Of a stretch of 64,000 nt of DNA, positions 38,166 to 51,500 are shown piece by piece (position 1 is the stretch's first letter; every line of letters begins with the position of its first letter). This DNA comes from Macrostomum hystrix (Eukaryota > Animalia > Platyhelminthes): positions 12,772,001 through 12,836,000 of the forward strand of contig CATNEN010000038.1 in NCBI GenBank assembly GCA_950097015.1, read 5' to 3'. Below the pieces are notes generated by a model, which did not search any database, was not told the DNA's origin, and worked only from the letters and a program-made list of their open reading frames with translations. Made by a program: the position numbers and the translations under genes.

Positions 38166-38427
38166 GGGTTTCAGGGAAAGTGCTGTTTGAAGTGGTGTAA
38201 GGCGCAGCTTAGCCTCGGATCTGCTCCGTGCGTCTCTGCATAGAGCGAGCGCTGCTATATTTCTGCTCAGATTAGATACTGCCTAGTTTGTTTTTCGTAA
38301 CCAAGGTAACTGGCGGTGGCTGCGTGATAGGTGATAAGGTCAAGGCAGACATATTGGGCTCCACTAACAAACTCGCACCAGTTTGCAAATCTAATTTTGA
38401 AAGTGCCACTACATTCTAGCACTTCTC
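38166..38427. promoter_or_regulatory. 262-bp bidirectional promoter region with a central RFX X-box (38297-38310)
   Basis: Lies between divergent ATGs. GTAACC-AA-GGTAAC is an exact match to GTNRCC-N0-3-RGYAAC. Confidence 0.6.
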
Positions 38428-40417
38428 ATGGCATCGGCCCACACCTGTTTGTTGCTGTTGGCACTCGCTGCCACGGCAGTCACTGCGCAAAGAAACTTTA
38501 CCATCGTCAGATACCTCACAGTCAACACCACAACTGGTCCGATCAGGGGCGCCGTAATAGAAACAAGAGGATCCGGTGACAGCATCGCTCACGTCGGCTC
38601 CTTCCTTGGCATCAACTTCGCCAAGGTCCCCACCGGAGAGTTCCGGTTCGCTCACCCCGTCTTCACCCAGTGGGACTTCGTCCAGGATGTACTCGATTTC
38701 GATCGCATGTGCTTCCAAGATCCCGGAGCTAGCAATGACTTCACGAACATGTATGAGAACTGCATCGCTGCCAATATCTGGACGCCGTACAATGGCACGT
38801 CCACGAACCCTGGAAGCTACCCGGTGCTCGTGTGGATCCACGGTGGTCGCTTTGAGAGCGGCTCCATTCTCGATGAAAGATTTTCTGGACGTGTTCTTAC
38901 GGCTCACGAGTCGATCGTTACGGTGAGTCTGCAATACCGACTTGGCGTTCTCGGCTTCCTTCGTCTCAGCGCCACCCAGGCTCCCGGCAACATGGGCCTG
39001 AAGGATCAGGCTCTCGGACTCGAGTACGTGCACCTCAACATCGAGAAATTCGGAGGCAACCTGCAGACCGTGACGCTGATGGGTCTGGACGCCGGCGCCG
39101 TCGCTATCGGATACCACATGCTGAACGAGAGGACGCGGACATTCTTCAATCGTGCCGTCATGCTTGGAGGATCCCCGCTAGTTTTCTGGTCGGTGCGTCA
39201 GAACACGGCAGACATTGAGAGGCTGCATGCAAAGTTCGCTAAAGATAAATTAAATTGTGACACTGAGCAGGGAATGGAAGAGACCTTGAAATGTCTGCAA
39301 AATGTCAGCCCCGAGCTTTTGATTAACGCTCAGAAGGAGTTCATTAAAGACTTTCAAGGAATTGAGTTTCCACCCGTCATCGATGGCGACTACATCAAAG
39401 AGGATCCAGTCGTTGCTTTTAGAGCGCATCGATTCAACCCGAAGCAGCTAATGATCGGTGTTACCAGCTCGGAGGCCGCTACCTACATTGAAGCGTCTCT
39501 TCGTGGCAAAGGCTGGACCAAAGACGACTTGCAGGATCCTGTGAAGTACCGCAGCGTCATTGAGGACAACTTTAGAACATATGAACGCGAGCCTGATGTC
39601 ATGACGACCAATGCCCGCCGGTTCATGACTGACCGATTTACGAGCTTTAGCAACCCGTCGGCTGAAGTGAACTATCGCAGGTGGCTCGATGCAGCCTCGG
39701 ACCGTCTTTTTGTTTGCCCAGCGAATGAGTTCGCCGAGCTATCACATAGCGTCTCGGGCCAGGTAAATTTAAACTCTAACTTTAACTCCAAATGTAATTT
39801 GAATTGCGACTCTAAGGAATGCAAGCAGCAAACTATTCTCATTCTTTCAGCCCGTCGACATCTATTTCTACGTGTTCTCGGTGCAGGACAACACGGGAAA
39901 CTATGCGGGCGCCACCCACGGGCAGGATGCTTACTACTTCTTCGGAAACCCGACCGACGATGCGCCGATCGTTCTGCCAGAGCAGGCTCTGCTGTCCGTT
40001 CGTATGATGGACTATCTGGCCAAGTTTGTGGCCACGGGAGACCCCGTGCCCAGGGATAGCGACAGGGTTTGGGCCAAGTTCAATAGCAGTCTCAAGTACT
40101 ACCACAACTTTACTACGGATGAAGGCGCTGCCTACAATGTCAAGTATGGCTTTCATCGAGACGACTGCGGCTTCTGGGACAAGACGTTAAAGTACGTGAA
40201 CTCGCTGCAGTCTTCGGGTCTCGCTAAAATCGAGGACGCTGCGAAGATTCGCGTTGTCAGGGAGGTCAGCGCCGAGCAGACCTTTGAAGACGCTGCTGAG
40301 AAGTGCAAGAACGTCATCAACGCCACGACGCTTGCCATCATGATTCCTCTGCTGATTAGCAACGTTGTTCTGCTGGGCGCTCTGGCCTGGCTATTGGTCA
40401 AGTTCTGCTCTACGTAG
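38428..40417 (+). CDS. Carboxyl/cholinesterase-fold membrane protein, copy C, about 633 aa, Ser replaced by Asp
   Basis: Exons 38428-39762 and 39851-40417 (phase 0, same intron position as copy B). GLDAG, GVTSSE, GATHGQD, and a C-terminal hydrophobic helix ending KFCST. Confidence 0.93.
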
Positions 40418-43400
40418 TCTGCTGTTCTGGGAAGGCTCCGCTTCAACGGCGAGACATTTAGCTTACTAAAACTTACGACAAACTTCCAATAATTTTTATT
40501 ACGTTCTATTATTTTATTTAACAACTTAAAAGTAATTTTTTTTTCTATCGTACATTTACCGAGCCAGTAACATTGGCAATTATATGAGAAAATGGACTGA
40601 CATGTTCTTTTAAGGATATACCAAATAAATTCTCATAAACTAAGTCTAAATGGAGAAGCTGCAGCACTGCCAAATCTACATTTTGTCTTAATCACGTGAC
40701 CTGGTACGAACAGGGTGTTTTTTAGAGTGAATGAATATGAATATATAAATATAATGTAGCATTCAGGGCTAAAGTGGACTGGACATTCATTATTACCTTC
40801 TGTAGAACGTAGATGCAGCGATCATTTTAGGCCTCAAATTATTCGTTCTGCATTTGCTGTTTGCCGTTGCTAAAGGTAACATCACAGGCGGGTAATCTAA
40901 GGCTAGCTATTTCTAAGTCGCTTTGTTTGGCAGTTTTCAGTTTTCAGAGTAGCATTAATGGGTATAGCAAAAGTTAAAATTTTGCGATAAAGCAGCGATT
41001 CCACAGCTATCGCTACCATGACAAATAAGGCCAGGGCCCTTGCATTGCTCATCGCTAGTGGCAACCTTATCGTGACTTCAAAAAACCTAACTTGAATCGC
41101 CGATCGTCCCAAGGCATTTAGCAGCGCATACTTTTCTGTGCTAATTTTTTTCCAATGATAACACTATCAGCGCACAGAAGTTTCACTTAATAGTCTGCCC
41201 TCTGATATCAATGGTTCGACTGCTTGGCTATAGCGCCTGTGGCGGCATATTATGACCTACAACGGCTGTTTGGGGGCTGAGACACCACTTGAAGTATCTT
41301 TATTTATTGAACCTTCGTGAGACCTTCAAAAGCTTTAAGGCTCGCCTTCAGCAGAGGTCTTTGAGACTACTAGAACTCTATATGCCCTTATCTTCGCTAT
41401 CACTAAATCTAGAAAACAGCTTTTTATATTTTTCGCCGTTGCATGAAAGTATTCAGAACCAGCTCACCTCAGTGCCCTATGCTGTATGATAAGAACTCAA
41501 AAAGGCGTGTTAAAAAATCTTCTGGTTGCAGTTAAATTTTTTGAGTTATTATAATACGAATTAAAAGCTGTAAAAGTACATTTCGCTTTACAGAGAGGCC
41601 GCTCGAATACTGTGTTATCCAGTTGATTGCTTGAGGTCGCAGAATCAAGTTTGCTATCACGACGTGGACTTGACATTCAACAAAATCAAGCGCTGTTTTT
41701 ATCTACGCGTACAATGCGTTCAAGAACCTTCATCGCTGAGGGAGGGGTTAAGGGACAAAGCGGTCTAACGCATTTAGCTCTTACACCAAAGTCCGGCCTG
41801 AGCTTGATTCCGCGGCGAGGCCTTTTTCATTTGGGGCTTAGCCGCAGAGCTAGGAAGTCTTGGATACTTGTCTTGTAATTTACACCCCTTGAAAGCCTGT
41901 TAGAAGGAACTTGTTGTGGGAATTGTGAGAAAGTCAGATCTGATACACCACATTTGTGTGTGCTTTAGTTAGACACATCGATGGTCGTGTCTAAACTATC
42001 TGTGTGCAAAAACTGATATGATAATCTGACTAAGAATCTTAAAAGCCAGATTTAACAATATACTATTGATTATTGAGGTGGGCCGGTAAGTGCGATGATT
42101 AGCTGGAGTGCGGTCGGTGTGTGCATTTGATGGCTTAATTCTATTGGGGGGTCATATTGGCGATACTGTTGTCAAACTTTTCAGATCTCGATCCATTTGG
42201 TTTTTCGATTTTTTATAAACTCTAAAACGGATTTATATGCATAGGCCTTTTTGACCATGTTGTTGGCAGCTACCTTCTCGCACTTCCCATAATCCAAATG
42301 CGTGCCTGCAATCCACGGCAGGCCCCTGCTCTGCCCATATTTTTCTAATTAAGGCCCTATTGATCATTTGCTTTTGTCTTGTCTATTACTTCTTATTTCT
42401 TTGCTCGTCCTTGTTGTATTTGACGACCCTGTGTGCTTTTTCCTTGCTTCGATACGAGCAAATGTACATACTGAACAATATATCAAGCTAACTTGCACAT
42501 CCCAATACTAGCTACTTTGCACACGTTAAAATCTGTATCTAACCAGTTATCGCTGTCTTCTGTTAATACAGTCGTATTAAATGCCACGGCTAATTTCTAA
42601 TTCGTGAAATGCTTTTTGCATGTGTGTTACTCTTTTGGCTTTTTTCGTACCATAAGTCTTGACCCAAAACGTATAGCTATTTTCGTTAAACTGCGTCTCT
42701 CACGAACAAATTTTCCCGTTTGTTTAATTGTGATTCGTTGCCAATTTTGATCTCAACTCGCAATTTAATAATCCTAATTAACACTAAACCTTTTTTGCTT
42801 TCTCTCTAAAAGAAGACGTACGTATGTTTCCTATTTTTTAGTATTATCGTAGGCTTTTTGTTTGCGCCCGCCGCTACACACAAACACACTTACGTTAAAT
42901 AAGGTAGGAGGGTGTAATTCTGCTAGGTCTAGCTAGGTCTACTTATGATAGGCCTATCACATCACATAAAGAGTGTAGACCAGTTTAAGTCGGTTAAGAG
43001 TAAGACCTTAACTTAAGCTTGTAAATTAAGTTGGGCGGTGAGCTAAGTAGGCTTAAAAAGAAGACCAGTTGGAAAAGTAGCAGTTAACTAGTTGAAATTG
43101 TTATTTGTTTGTTGTATTTTTTATTTTTACCATTTCTGAGTCTGAGCTAGAGTGAATTAGTCAAAAGTTGGCAACTAGAAACTTGAAAGTTATGTTAACC
43201 TATTTACTAATTTGTTACACTAGATTGACTAGATAAATTAGGTCTACCCATGATTTATAGCCAGAGATTATTTTTTTAAGTCTTTCTTTGTTCATATTCC
43301 TAACTTCTGTTAGTTTTGAATATAGTAATTAGGCTTATCATATCTATTGGTAGTGTATCACACGGTGGTCTCTCTTTAAGGCTCTTCTAATACTAGTCTT

Positions 43401-43643
43401 CATTGGTAATTTTTCTGCAGATCAGGTGGTCACAGCCTAAAATATCCAACTCAACACTAATACTCTTTAAGCTTATTTGCTTTTGTCTTGTCTTGTCTTG
43501 TCTTGTCTTGTTGGATAGTAATCAGAACCACTCATATACCTTACTCTCAAAGATTTAGTGTACACTGGATTCCTCCAGCGTACACCATGGCTTAGGCTAA
43601 TGTGGCATACAGTTTCAGGCGTACAAATCTCTGAAAAAAAGTA

Positions 43644-44358
43644 GGTAGTTGTTATTTGTCCGGTTAACTGGACAAATAGCCATTTGGTTATTCGTCCGGT
43701 TAACCGGACAAATAGCCATTTGATTATTCGTCCGGTTAACCGGACAAATAGCCGTTTGATTATTTGTCCGGTTAACCGGTTAACAGTGACTTTGATGCAG
43801 GAGATATAGTCAACACCGAAAAGTTTTGGTTTTAATTTAACCGGACGAATAATCAAACGGCTATTTGTCCGGTTAACCGGACGAATAATCAAACGGCTAT
43901 TGGCTATGGCTATTAAGAGGCAATATATTAAGATATATATATATAAACGAAGACATAGTTGTTCCTTGATCCAGGCATTGGTCTGTCGGCAACCTAAAAT
44001 TATATATAGATAGCATATAGATCAATTGCCCTTTTAGTTAGATAGGTTAGCTTTTAGTTTCCTAATTTGCCAGGGACTCAGCTAACTCAACAATGGATTT
44101 ATATGATAAACATTTCTAAGAAACGATGCCTACATGAATTTTACCACCACTTTGACATCAGTGGTTGACAGCAAAGTCACTGTTAACCGGTTAACCGGAC
44201 GAATAATCGAACGGCTATTTGTCCGGTTAACCGGACGAATAATCAAATGGCTATTTGTCCGGTTAACCGGACGAATAACCAAATGGCTATTTGTCCGGTT
44301 AACCGGACGAATAATCAAACGGCTATTTGTCCGGTTAACCGGACAAATAACAACTACC
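43644..44358. mobile_element. Mutator/Foldback-like MITE with modular TIRs
   Basis: Inverted arms 43644-43794 and 44172-44358 (GGTAGTTGTTATT...CAGTGACTTTG) are built of 36-bp units. Perfect 9-bp TSD AAAAAAGTA at 43635-43643 and 44359-44367. Confidence 0.88.
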
Positions 44359-45546
44359 AAAAAAGTAATGGCATACAAAGTAACAACTGGACAAGTGCAA
44401 CTTTAATTGGTGTAAAAGCCTAACAAAATGTAACTCCTAAAATAAGAAATTTTCTAATTTTTTATTTATTCTCTGCTTGCAAATATATCTTAGTTTGTTT
44501 TGTAATAAAAAAGCAAATTAATAAAAATGCCAGCAAAAAAGTAATGATGATTACACAGTTTGCGGAAATGAATTTGTTTATTTTGTTTTACCTTTATCAT
44601 ACAAATTGCTTTGATCAAAACATATTTATAGAAAGAAAAGCTGAAAATAATTTTCTTAGTAGACTACTTTAGTGTAGGCCTAATTAAAGTTTAAAACCAA
44701 ATATCTCTTTATTGTATATTCTATGAGCCTAATTATGTAATCTCTTACTATCTTATTACTCAGGGTCTATAGAAAGTACACCAACACCAAGTTCTGTTAG
44801 ATTGGCACAATAATGCTACACAATGGAAACCTGGTTATACAATGAGTGGCCAAGTAGCAATCACATAGGAGTGTGCTTTTCTTAGGAAGGTTCACTTCAC
44901 AATAATCACTTTTTCTATATTCTATATTATTGGATATTTCTTGATGTTAACTAGGCCCCCTAACCATTTACTTAGAAGTTCTCAAAAGTAAGTTCTATTG
45001 AAAGTAGCAATGCACCCATTATAGTGCTTTTAGTTTATGATAATAAAATACTGTTATTAATTATACATTCAAGCAAATAAATTTTAAATCATTTACAAAC
45101 ACTTGGGTTCATTTATACTGTTTTAAACCAAGTCAAGGGGTGCCAAAATATTTACTCTATAGTAAACTAATAAAGACATTGTTGCAAGAAAAAGAACACA
45201 TATATAGTAATTTAAGCAGTGCCACCCCCTCACACAAACATTTTTGCAAATGCTACTTTGATGTATTTCCCTAAAAAATTGGCTTTAACGTAGGGTTCCC
45301 TAACTATATAAAATTTGTATATTATATTATAATGTAAGATCTAGTTACCATTTTCTATAAGTTTTCCTGATTCATTTTGCTTTTTTCATTGCCAATCATA
45401 CATACACTTGTCCAAACCTCATTTCTTAACTGTTGCAGCCACACTTGCTAACTTGTCCTTCCCAAGCATAGTCCAGGACTTCACCGTGTTGTCTCTAGCC
45501 AAATTTTAGTCAAGAAAATTGCAATTTCATTAAAACTAGATTTGCC

Positions 45547-48500
45547 ATGTCTGTTGGCGAGCATTCGGCCTCACAATTAGACCATCACCTGCAGCAGCAG
45601 CAGGCTTTGTCATCTATGGACGCGGCCGAAGTGCCCAGGCCGCTGCAGATTGTCACAGCCACCTATGGCGACGATGGAAAAGGCAAGTTTGACCTGGACC
45701 TGCCCTCACTGGAGCGGCTGCTACTAGGTGAGCGAATCCGCGATCGACGCGTTGTTGTTGTCAGCGTGGCCGGCGCTTTTCGCAAAGGCAAATCCTTTCT
45801 GCTCAATTATTTCCTTCGCTACCTGGCCTGCATCGCCGACACGGACGGCGGCGGCCAGGGCGGCAGTTGCGGCGCCGAGGACTGGCTGGGCACCGGCAAT
45901 CAGCCTTTGCGCGGCTTCTCTTGGCGCGGCGGCTCCGAGCGCGACACCACCGGCATCCTGCTGTGGTCTGAGCCGTTTCTAGTCACCCTGGCCAGCGGCG
46001 AGAAGGTTGCCGTGCTGCTCATGGACACACAGGGCGCATTCGATAGCCAGTCGACTGTGCGCGACTGCGCCACTGTGTTCGCTTTGAGCACTATGCTCAG
46101 TAGTGTGCAGATCTATAATCTGAGCACCAACATCCAGGAGGACGACCTGCAGCATCTGCAGCTATTCACAGAGTACGGCAAGCTGGCCCAGGAGAGTCTG
46201 GATAGCGTCGGGGCTCCTTTTCAGCACCTGCTGTTTCTTGTACGCGACTGGAGCTACCCGTATGAGCACAGCTTCGGCGAAGACGGTGGCCGCGCCCTGC
46301 TAGACAAACGGCTGCTCATCAATGAGAAGCAGCACCACGAGCTGCAACAGCTGCGTAGGCATATTCGCCAGTGCTTCGAGGAGATCACCGGCTTTCTGAT
46401 GCCGCACCCCGGCCTTGACGTGGCCACGGATCCCACCTTCGATGGCCGACTGTCGGCCATTACACCGCAGTTCGTTGCTCAGCTGCGAGTCCTTGTACCT
46501 AGGTTGCTAGCGCCCTCAAACCTGGTGGTGAAGAGAATTAACGGTGCGGAGGTCACCTGCCAGGAGTTGCTGCACTATTTCAAAGCCTACATGCCCATTT
46601 ATCAGGTTTGTGAGCTGTTTTGTGATAGAGATGGATTAAAACTGAATTTTCAAATCTAAATCTAAATTTTCACAAAGTATAACAAAGTCAGATTTAAAGT
46701 CTTTGTACTCCCAGATAATTAGTTTTTGCGTCTGTTTAATCGTAATTTTATTAACTATCAACTGATGCTGAGGTAAAGGAATTTGTGTTTTTTATTATTT
46801 GGACTGAACTTCGAACCATGTGGCCGAACTGTGTGCATGTTCTGCCATCGGCAATGATTTTTTTAACAAATCGGCAATGAAAGAACAAATATGATGACGT
46901 TCAAGCGACAATTAAGCAAGCTGGTCGCTGCGTCAAACTCCTAACTGGTCAAGCCAGGTGCAAAGCATTTAGTCAATTTTTCAATTCGGCAGTTTCTGTT
47001 GTCACGCTTGCTCCTTGGTTTTCGCACCTTAAAAAGAAAGCAGGGAGTCTGCGCTTCCAAGAATAAGCATATTTACAGGAGTTCTAACGCATGGCATAAA
47101 AGTTAAATTAGTTTATATGCCTTTTAAGTTTTCTTCGTCTATTAGCAAGTGTGAATAGGATAGCCATGTGCAAAAATAATAACTTACTTTAGTATTGTGT
47201 TATAAACAAAATAGTTCTTCTACTTGTACCGGAGATTTTCGAACTCTTTGAAATTCGAAATCAAAAATATTTTTATCACAATTTGGCATGAAAATATAAT
47301 TTCGATCCATCTCTATTACCTATGAATAAATCGATAATTAATGTGCAATGAGTGCTTGTACAAATAAGCGTTTTGTACTTTTACGCTAAATTACACGTCT
47401 CTATTTGGCGGGTCAGTGGCAGAGCGTCTGCCTCTTGCACCAAGGCTCCTGAGCTCGAATCCGCGGCGAAGCCTCAATCATTAATTCGTTGATTGCTTTT
47501 TCGTTCGCTGCAGGTCTACTTTCACCAAATAATAATATACCTGTGCCCACGGCCCTACTAAAAATAATGTAATTACCATTTCTACCAGTCTCTATTTTAA
47601 ATCTTCATAGGGCGACGATCTGCCCCAGCCCAAGACAATGCTAATGGCCACAGCCGAGGCCAACAACCTGGCCGCTGTGACCGCCTCTCGCACTGTCTAC
47701 ACTGGCCTAATGGAGGAGGTCTGCGGCGGCGAGCGGCCCTACGTGGCCCCGGACAAGCTTCAGGCCGAGCATCGCCGCTGCGTCAACGACAGCCTGGTCT
47801 GGTTTCGCAAGCTGCGCAAGATGGGCGGCCCGGAGTTCAGCGCCCAATACGAGGAGCAGCTCAGTCAGGAATGCGGCGAAGCATTCGAGCTCTACCGGGC
47901 CCACAATCAGTCCAAGAATGTCTACGTAGGCATGCGCACACTGTCCGTGCTGTTTAGCACCCTGCTGCTCTGCTACTTTCTGGCCGGCTTTCTCGACTTC
48001 ATCGGCCTTGACCCGCTGGCTAATCTGTTTACCTGGCTGGTCTGGGTACTGTTTGTCTCTCTCATCACCTGGTGCTACGTACGTCACTCAGGCAACTATT
48101 TGGATATTGGCCATCACATTGACACCCTGGCCAACTTCATCTGGGATAAGGTGAGGACTCAGGGAAATCTAGATGTTCAATATTTTATATCCTAAATTTG
48201 CCAGTCAGATGACCGGATTATCGATTTAATCTCTTCCATGACCTTCCAAGTTAGCAGATTATCAATTCAATCATTTTTTTTAAAAGTGATCTTTTCCGAT
48301 TACCGGATTATCGATTGCATCACTTCTTTGATCTGCTTGAATTATCGGATTATCAGTTAAATCTCTTCTATGATATGTTTAGATCGTAACGGATTATCAA
48401 TCACATCTCTTATACTATATTTTCAAATTAGCCGATTATCAACTCATTCTTTTCTATGATCTGTTTTGATTAAATGGATTATCAATTTGATTGCAAGTAG

Positions 48501-51500
48501 AATGTAAATAGCACTAGCATTGCCAAATGTAGCATAATAAATACTGATTGTTTGTTTGCCCCTGCAGGTGTCGTGTGTTGCATTGCCTGGATTGTGTAGA
48601 AATACAAATAATAGTATAATTTAGTTATTCACCGCAATTACTTTGATGAGTTTCGCACAGACCCTACATTTGTGGACAAGGTTATGACGTTTCCATCGAG
48701 CTATTAGGTCTGGTGTACTTTTATTTCAGTTTTTGTCCACACGTGAAACTCCCAACTCTGTCTTTGGAGATTTGGGCCGTAGAGTTAAGGATGGGTGATT
48801 TACGCTCGACGGCTGTGGGATCACTGGGAGCCTTATGGGATAGTAGTATAGAAGAGAGGAACTGAAAGCCGAATCCCATGTGCACCTTTCAGCCCCTGCC
48901 TTCCCCTAATTCTAAAAATGCTCCCCTATGTCTCTCAGATCCTTCTCTCTACGCGTGCATCCATCTCCTCTCAGGTTCGCCTCTCAACTAATCCCATTGG
49001 GATATTTTTAACATACCCCCTCCTATTCGAACCCCATAAGGGCGTGGCCAAGCCTAGCTGGGCCGCGCTGTGCAGGTTCATTGCGTGGACCTATTTTGTT
49101 TCAGTATGCTTGCTGAGGAAGAAGATTTTAGCATCTGGGACTGGGATAAATTTTTCTCTATCGATTTTTTCTGTTGGCTGTGCCCTCTTCACACAGCTGT
49201 TTAGTCTGGACCGCATGCAAAAAATTGTTATAGTGCTGTTTAAAATTATAAAGGTACTTTAATCGTATGCTAGCGATTTACAGACCATAGACTTCACAAT
49301 ATCACCAAACCAGGCATTCACAGACTGGAACTGTTCCATTCATCCTTCCTCACAACTTCCGATTCACCCTTTGTCAGAACCAACTACATCCCATTCTCCC
49401 ATGATCAACCACATCCCATTTTCCCATGATCAAACACATCCCATTCTCCCATGATCAAACACATCCCATTCTCCCATGATCAATCACATCCCATTCTCTT
49501 ATTATCAAACACATCCCATTCTCTCATGATCAAACAAATCCCATTCTCCCATGATCAATCACATCCCATTTTCCCATGATCAACCACATCCCATTCTCTC
49601 ATGATCAACCGCATCCCATTCTCTCATGATCAAGCACATCCCATTCTCTCATTATCAACCACATCCCATTCTCTCATGATCAACCACATTCCATTCTCCC
49701 ATGATCAACCACATCCCATTCTCTCATGATCAACGACATCCCATTCTCTTATTATCAAACACATCCCATTCTCTCATGATCAAACAAATCCCATTCTCCC
49801 ATGATCAATCACATCCCATTTTCCCATGATCAACCACATCCCATTCTCTCATGATCAACCGCATCCCATTCTCTCATGATCAAGCACATCCCATTCTCCC
49901 ATGATCAATCACATCCCATTCTCCCATGATCAATCACATCCCATTTCCCCCCCGCTGGGAACCAACTCAGACTTTCAACCGTCAATCGACCGACAATTAA
50001 TTCCCCAAAATCGGACTGACTTTCACCCGATTTTCACCATTTCTCAGAATCGGACCGATTCTGACCGACAAAATTGGGTGAAAATCGGATCAAATTTCAC
50101 CTTCGCACGATTTTCACCAGCCTTAGTCGGTCGATTGTAGAAAATCGGACCGATTTTGTAGGTGGCTCACCGACTTTTCCAGGAAAACGTAACGACAACT
50201 CGATTTTCACCCAACAGAGCACAGATTTTCAACTACAGGGGAAGGGGGTCGTTGAAGAACCGCCCGTTTTTCACCGACACTCAACGGACAGAATCGGACC
50301 AATATTGGCACGAATTTCACCGACATTGTAAGGCCATTTTTTACCGACACTCAACGGACAGAATCGGACCAATATTGGCACGACTTTCACCGACATTGTA
50401 AGGCCATTTTTCACCGACACTCAACGGACAGAATCGGACCAATATTGGCACGACTTTTCCCGATATTGTAGGCCGAAGTTCACATAAAGAGTGAATGATT
50501 TTGCCAGTTGAATTTAAGCATAACTTTTTTCTCGCACAATTAGCAGGAAAAGACCTTTTTTATGATTTATTCAGAATGAAGAAAGGCTTATTAAAGGTGC
50601 AATAAATGCAAAAATCGTTCGTAATAGCTAATAAAACTTGTTTGGCTTGTCTAGTGTATTTCGCTGGGCGCTGTATTTCGTACTTAAAGAAAAGATGAAA
50701 ATGAACAATTATAAAATACAAAATGTAAATACAAAGTACGAAATACAAAAAGCACACAACACAAGGACAAACGTGTTCCCGTTGCTCAACTGCAACGTCA
50801 ATGAAGCGTAACTTCAAAACTAACTCGCACAATTAGCAGGTAATCACGGCAGCTTTTGAATGATTAATTCAGAATGAAGAAAGGCTTATTAAAGGCTGCT
50901 AGAAATGCAAAATTCGTTCGGAATAGCTAATAAAACCTGCTTGGCGTGTCAAGTGTTAAATGCATACTTAAGCGTCGTCTTCATATGCAGCACCAGCTAC
51001 ATTGTTAGCAGAAGCTCCAATGGCTTCGCTAGCACCAGCGGATTCGCCAGCAGCAACGGCTTTGTCAGTATCGGCAAAGTTGCTAGCAGCAGCGCCAATT
51101 TTTGTCTTCTTGGGCATTTTCTTTGCAGCGACCGCTTTTCTCTTTCGCGCCTGCTTGATGGCGTCAACGCAGCGCGAATATGCCTGCTGCAGTTCACGTC
51201 GACCTAGCTCAAGACCGTTGTTGTTCAAGTGGGCCACGATGATGTCCAACTTGACATTATCGGCAGGCAGTCGGGCTTTGTCGCCAGAACTGCGACCCGT
51301 GAAGCTGGTCTGGAGGAGCTCCTCCTTAGAAAACAGAATCCGAACGAATCGACGCAGGAGGGATCCTCGAGCCCTGACGCGCGCATCCACATTTTCCGCC
51401 TCTTTAGCGTTCTTAATATCGCTCTGCAGAGCACAACGATCCGACGATCGAATTAGCACATCTGGTAGCTGTGGCGACAGCGGTACTAGAATACTCTCAG

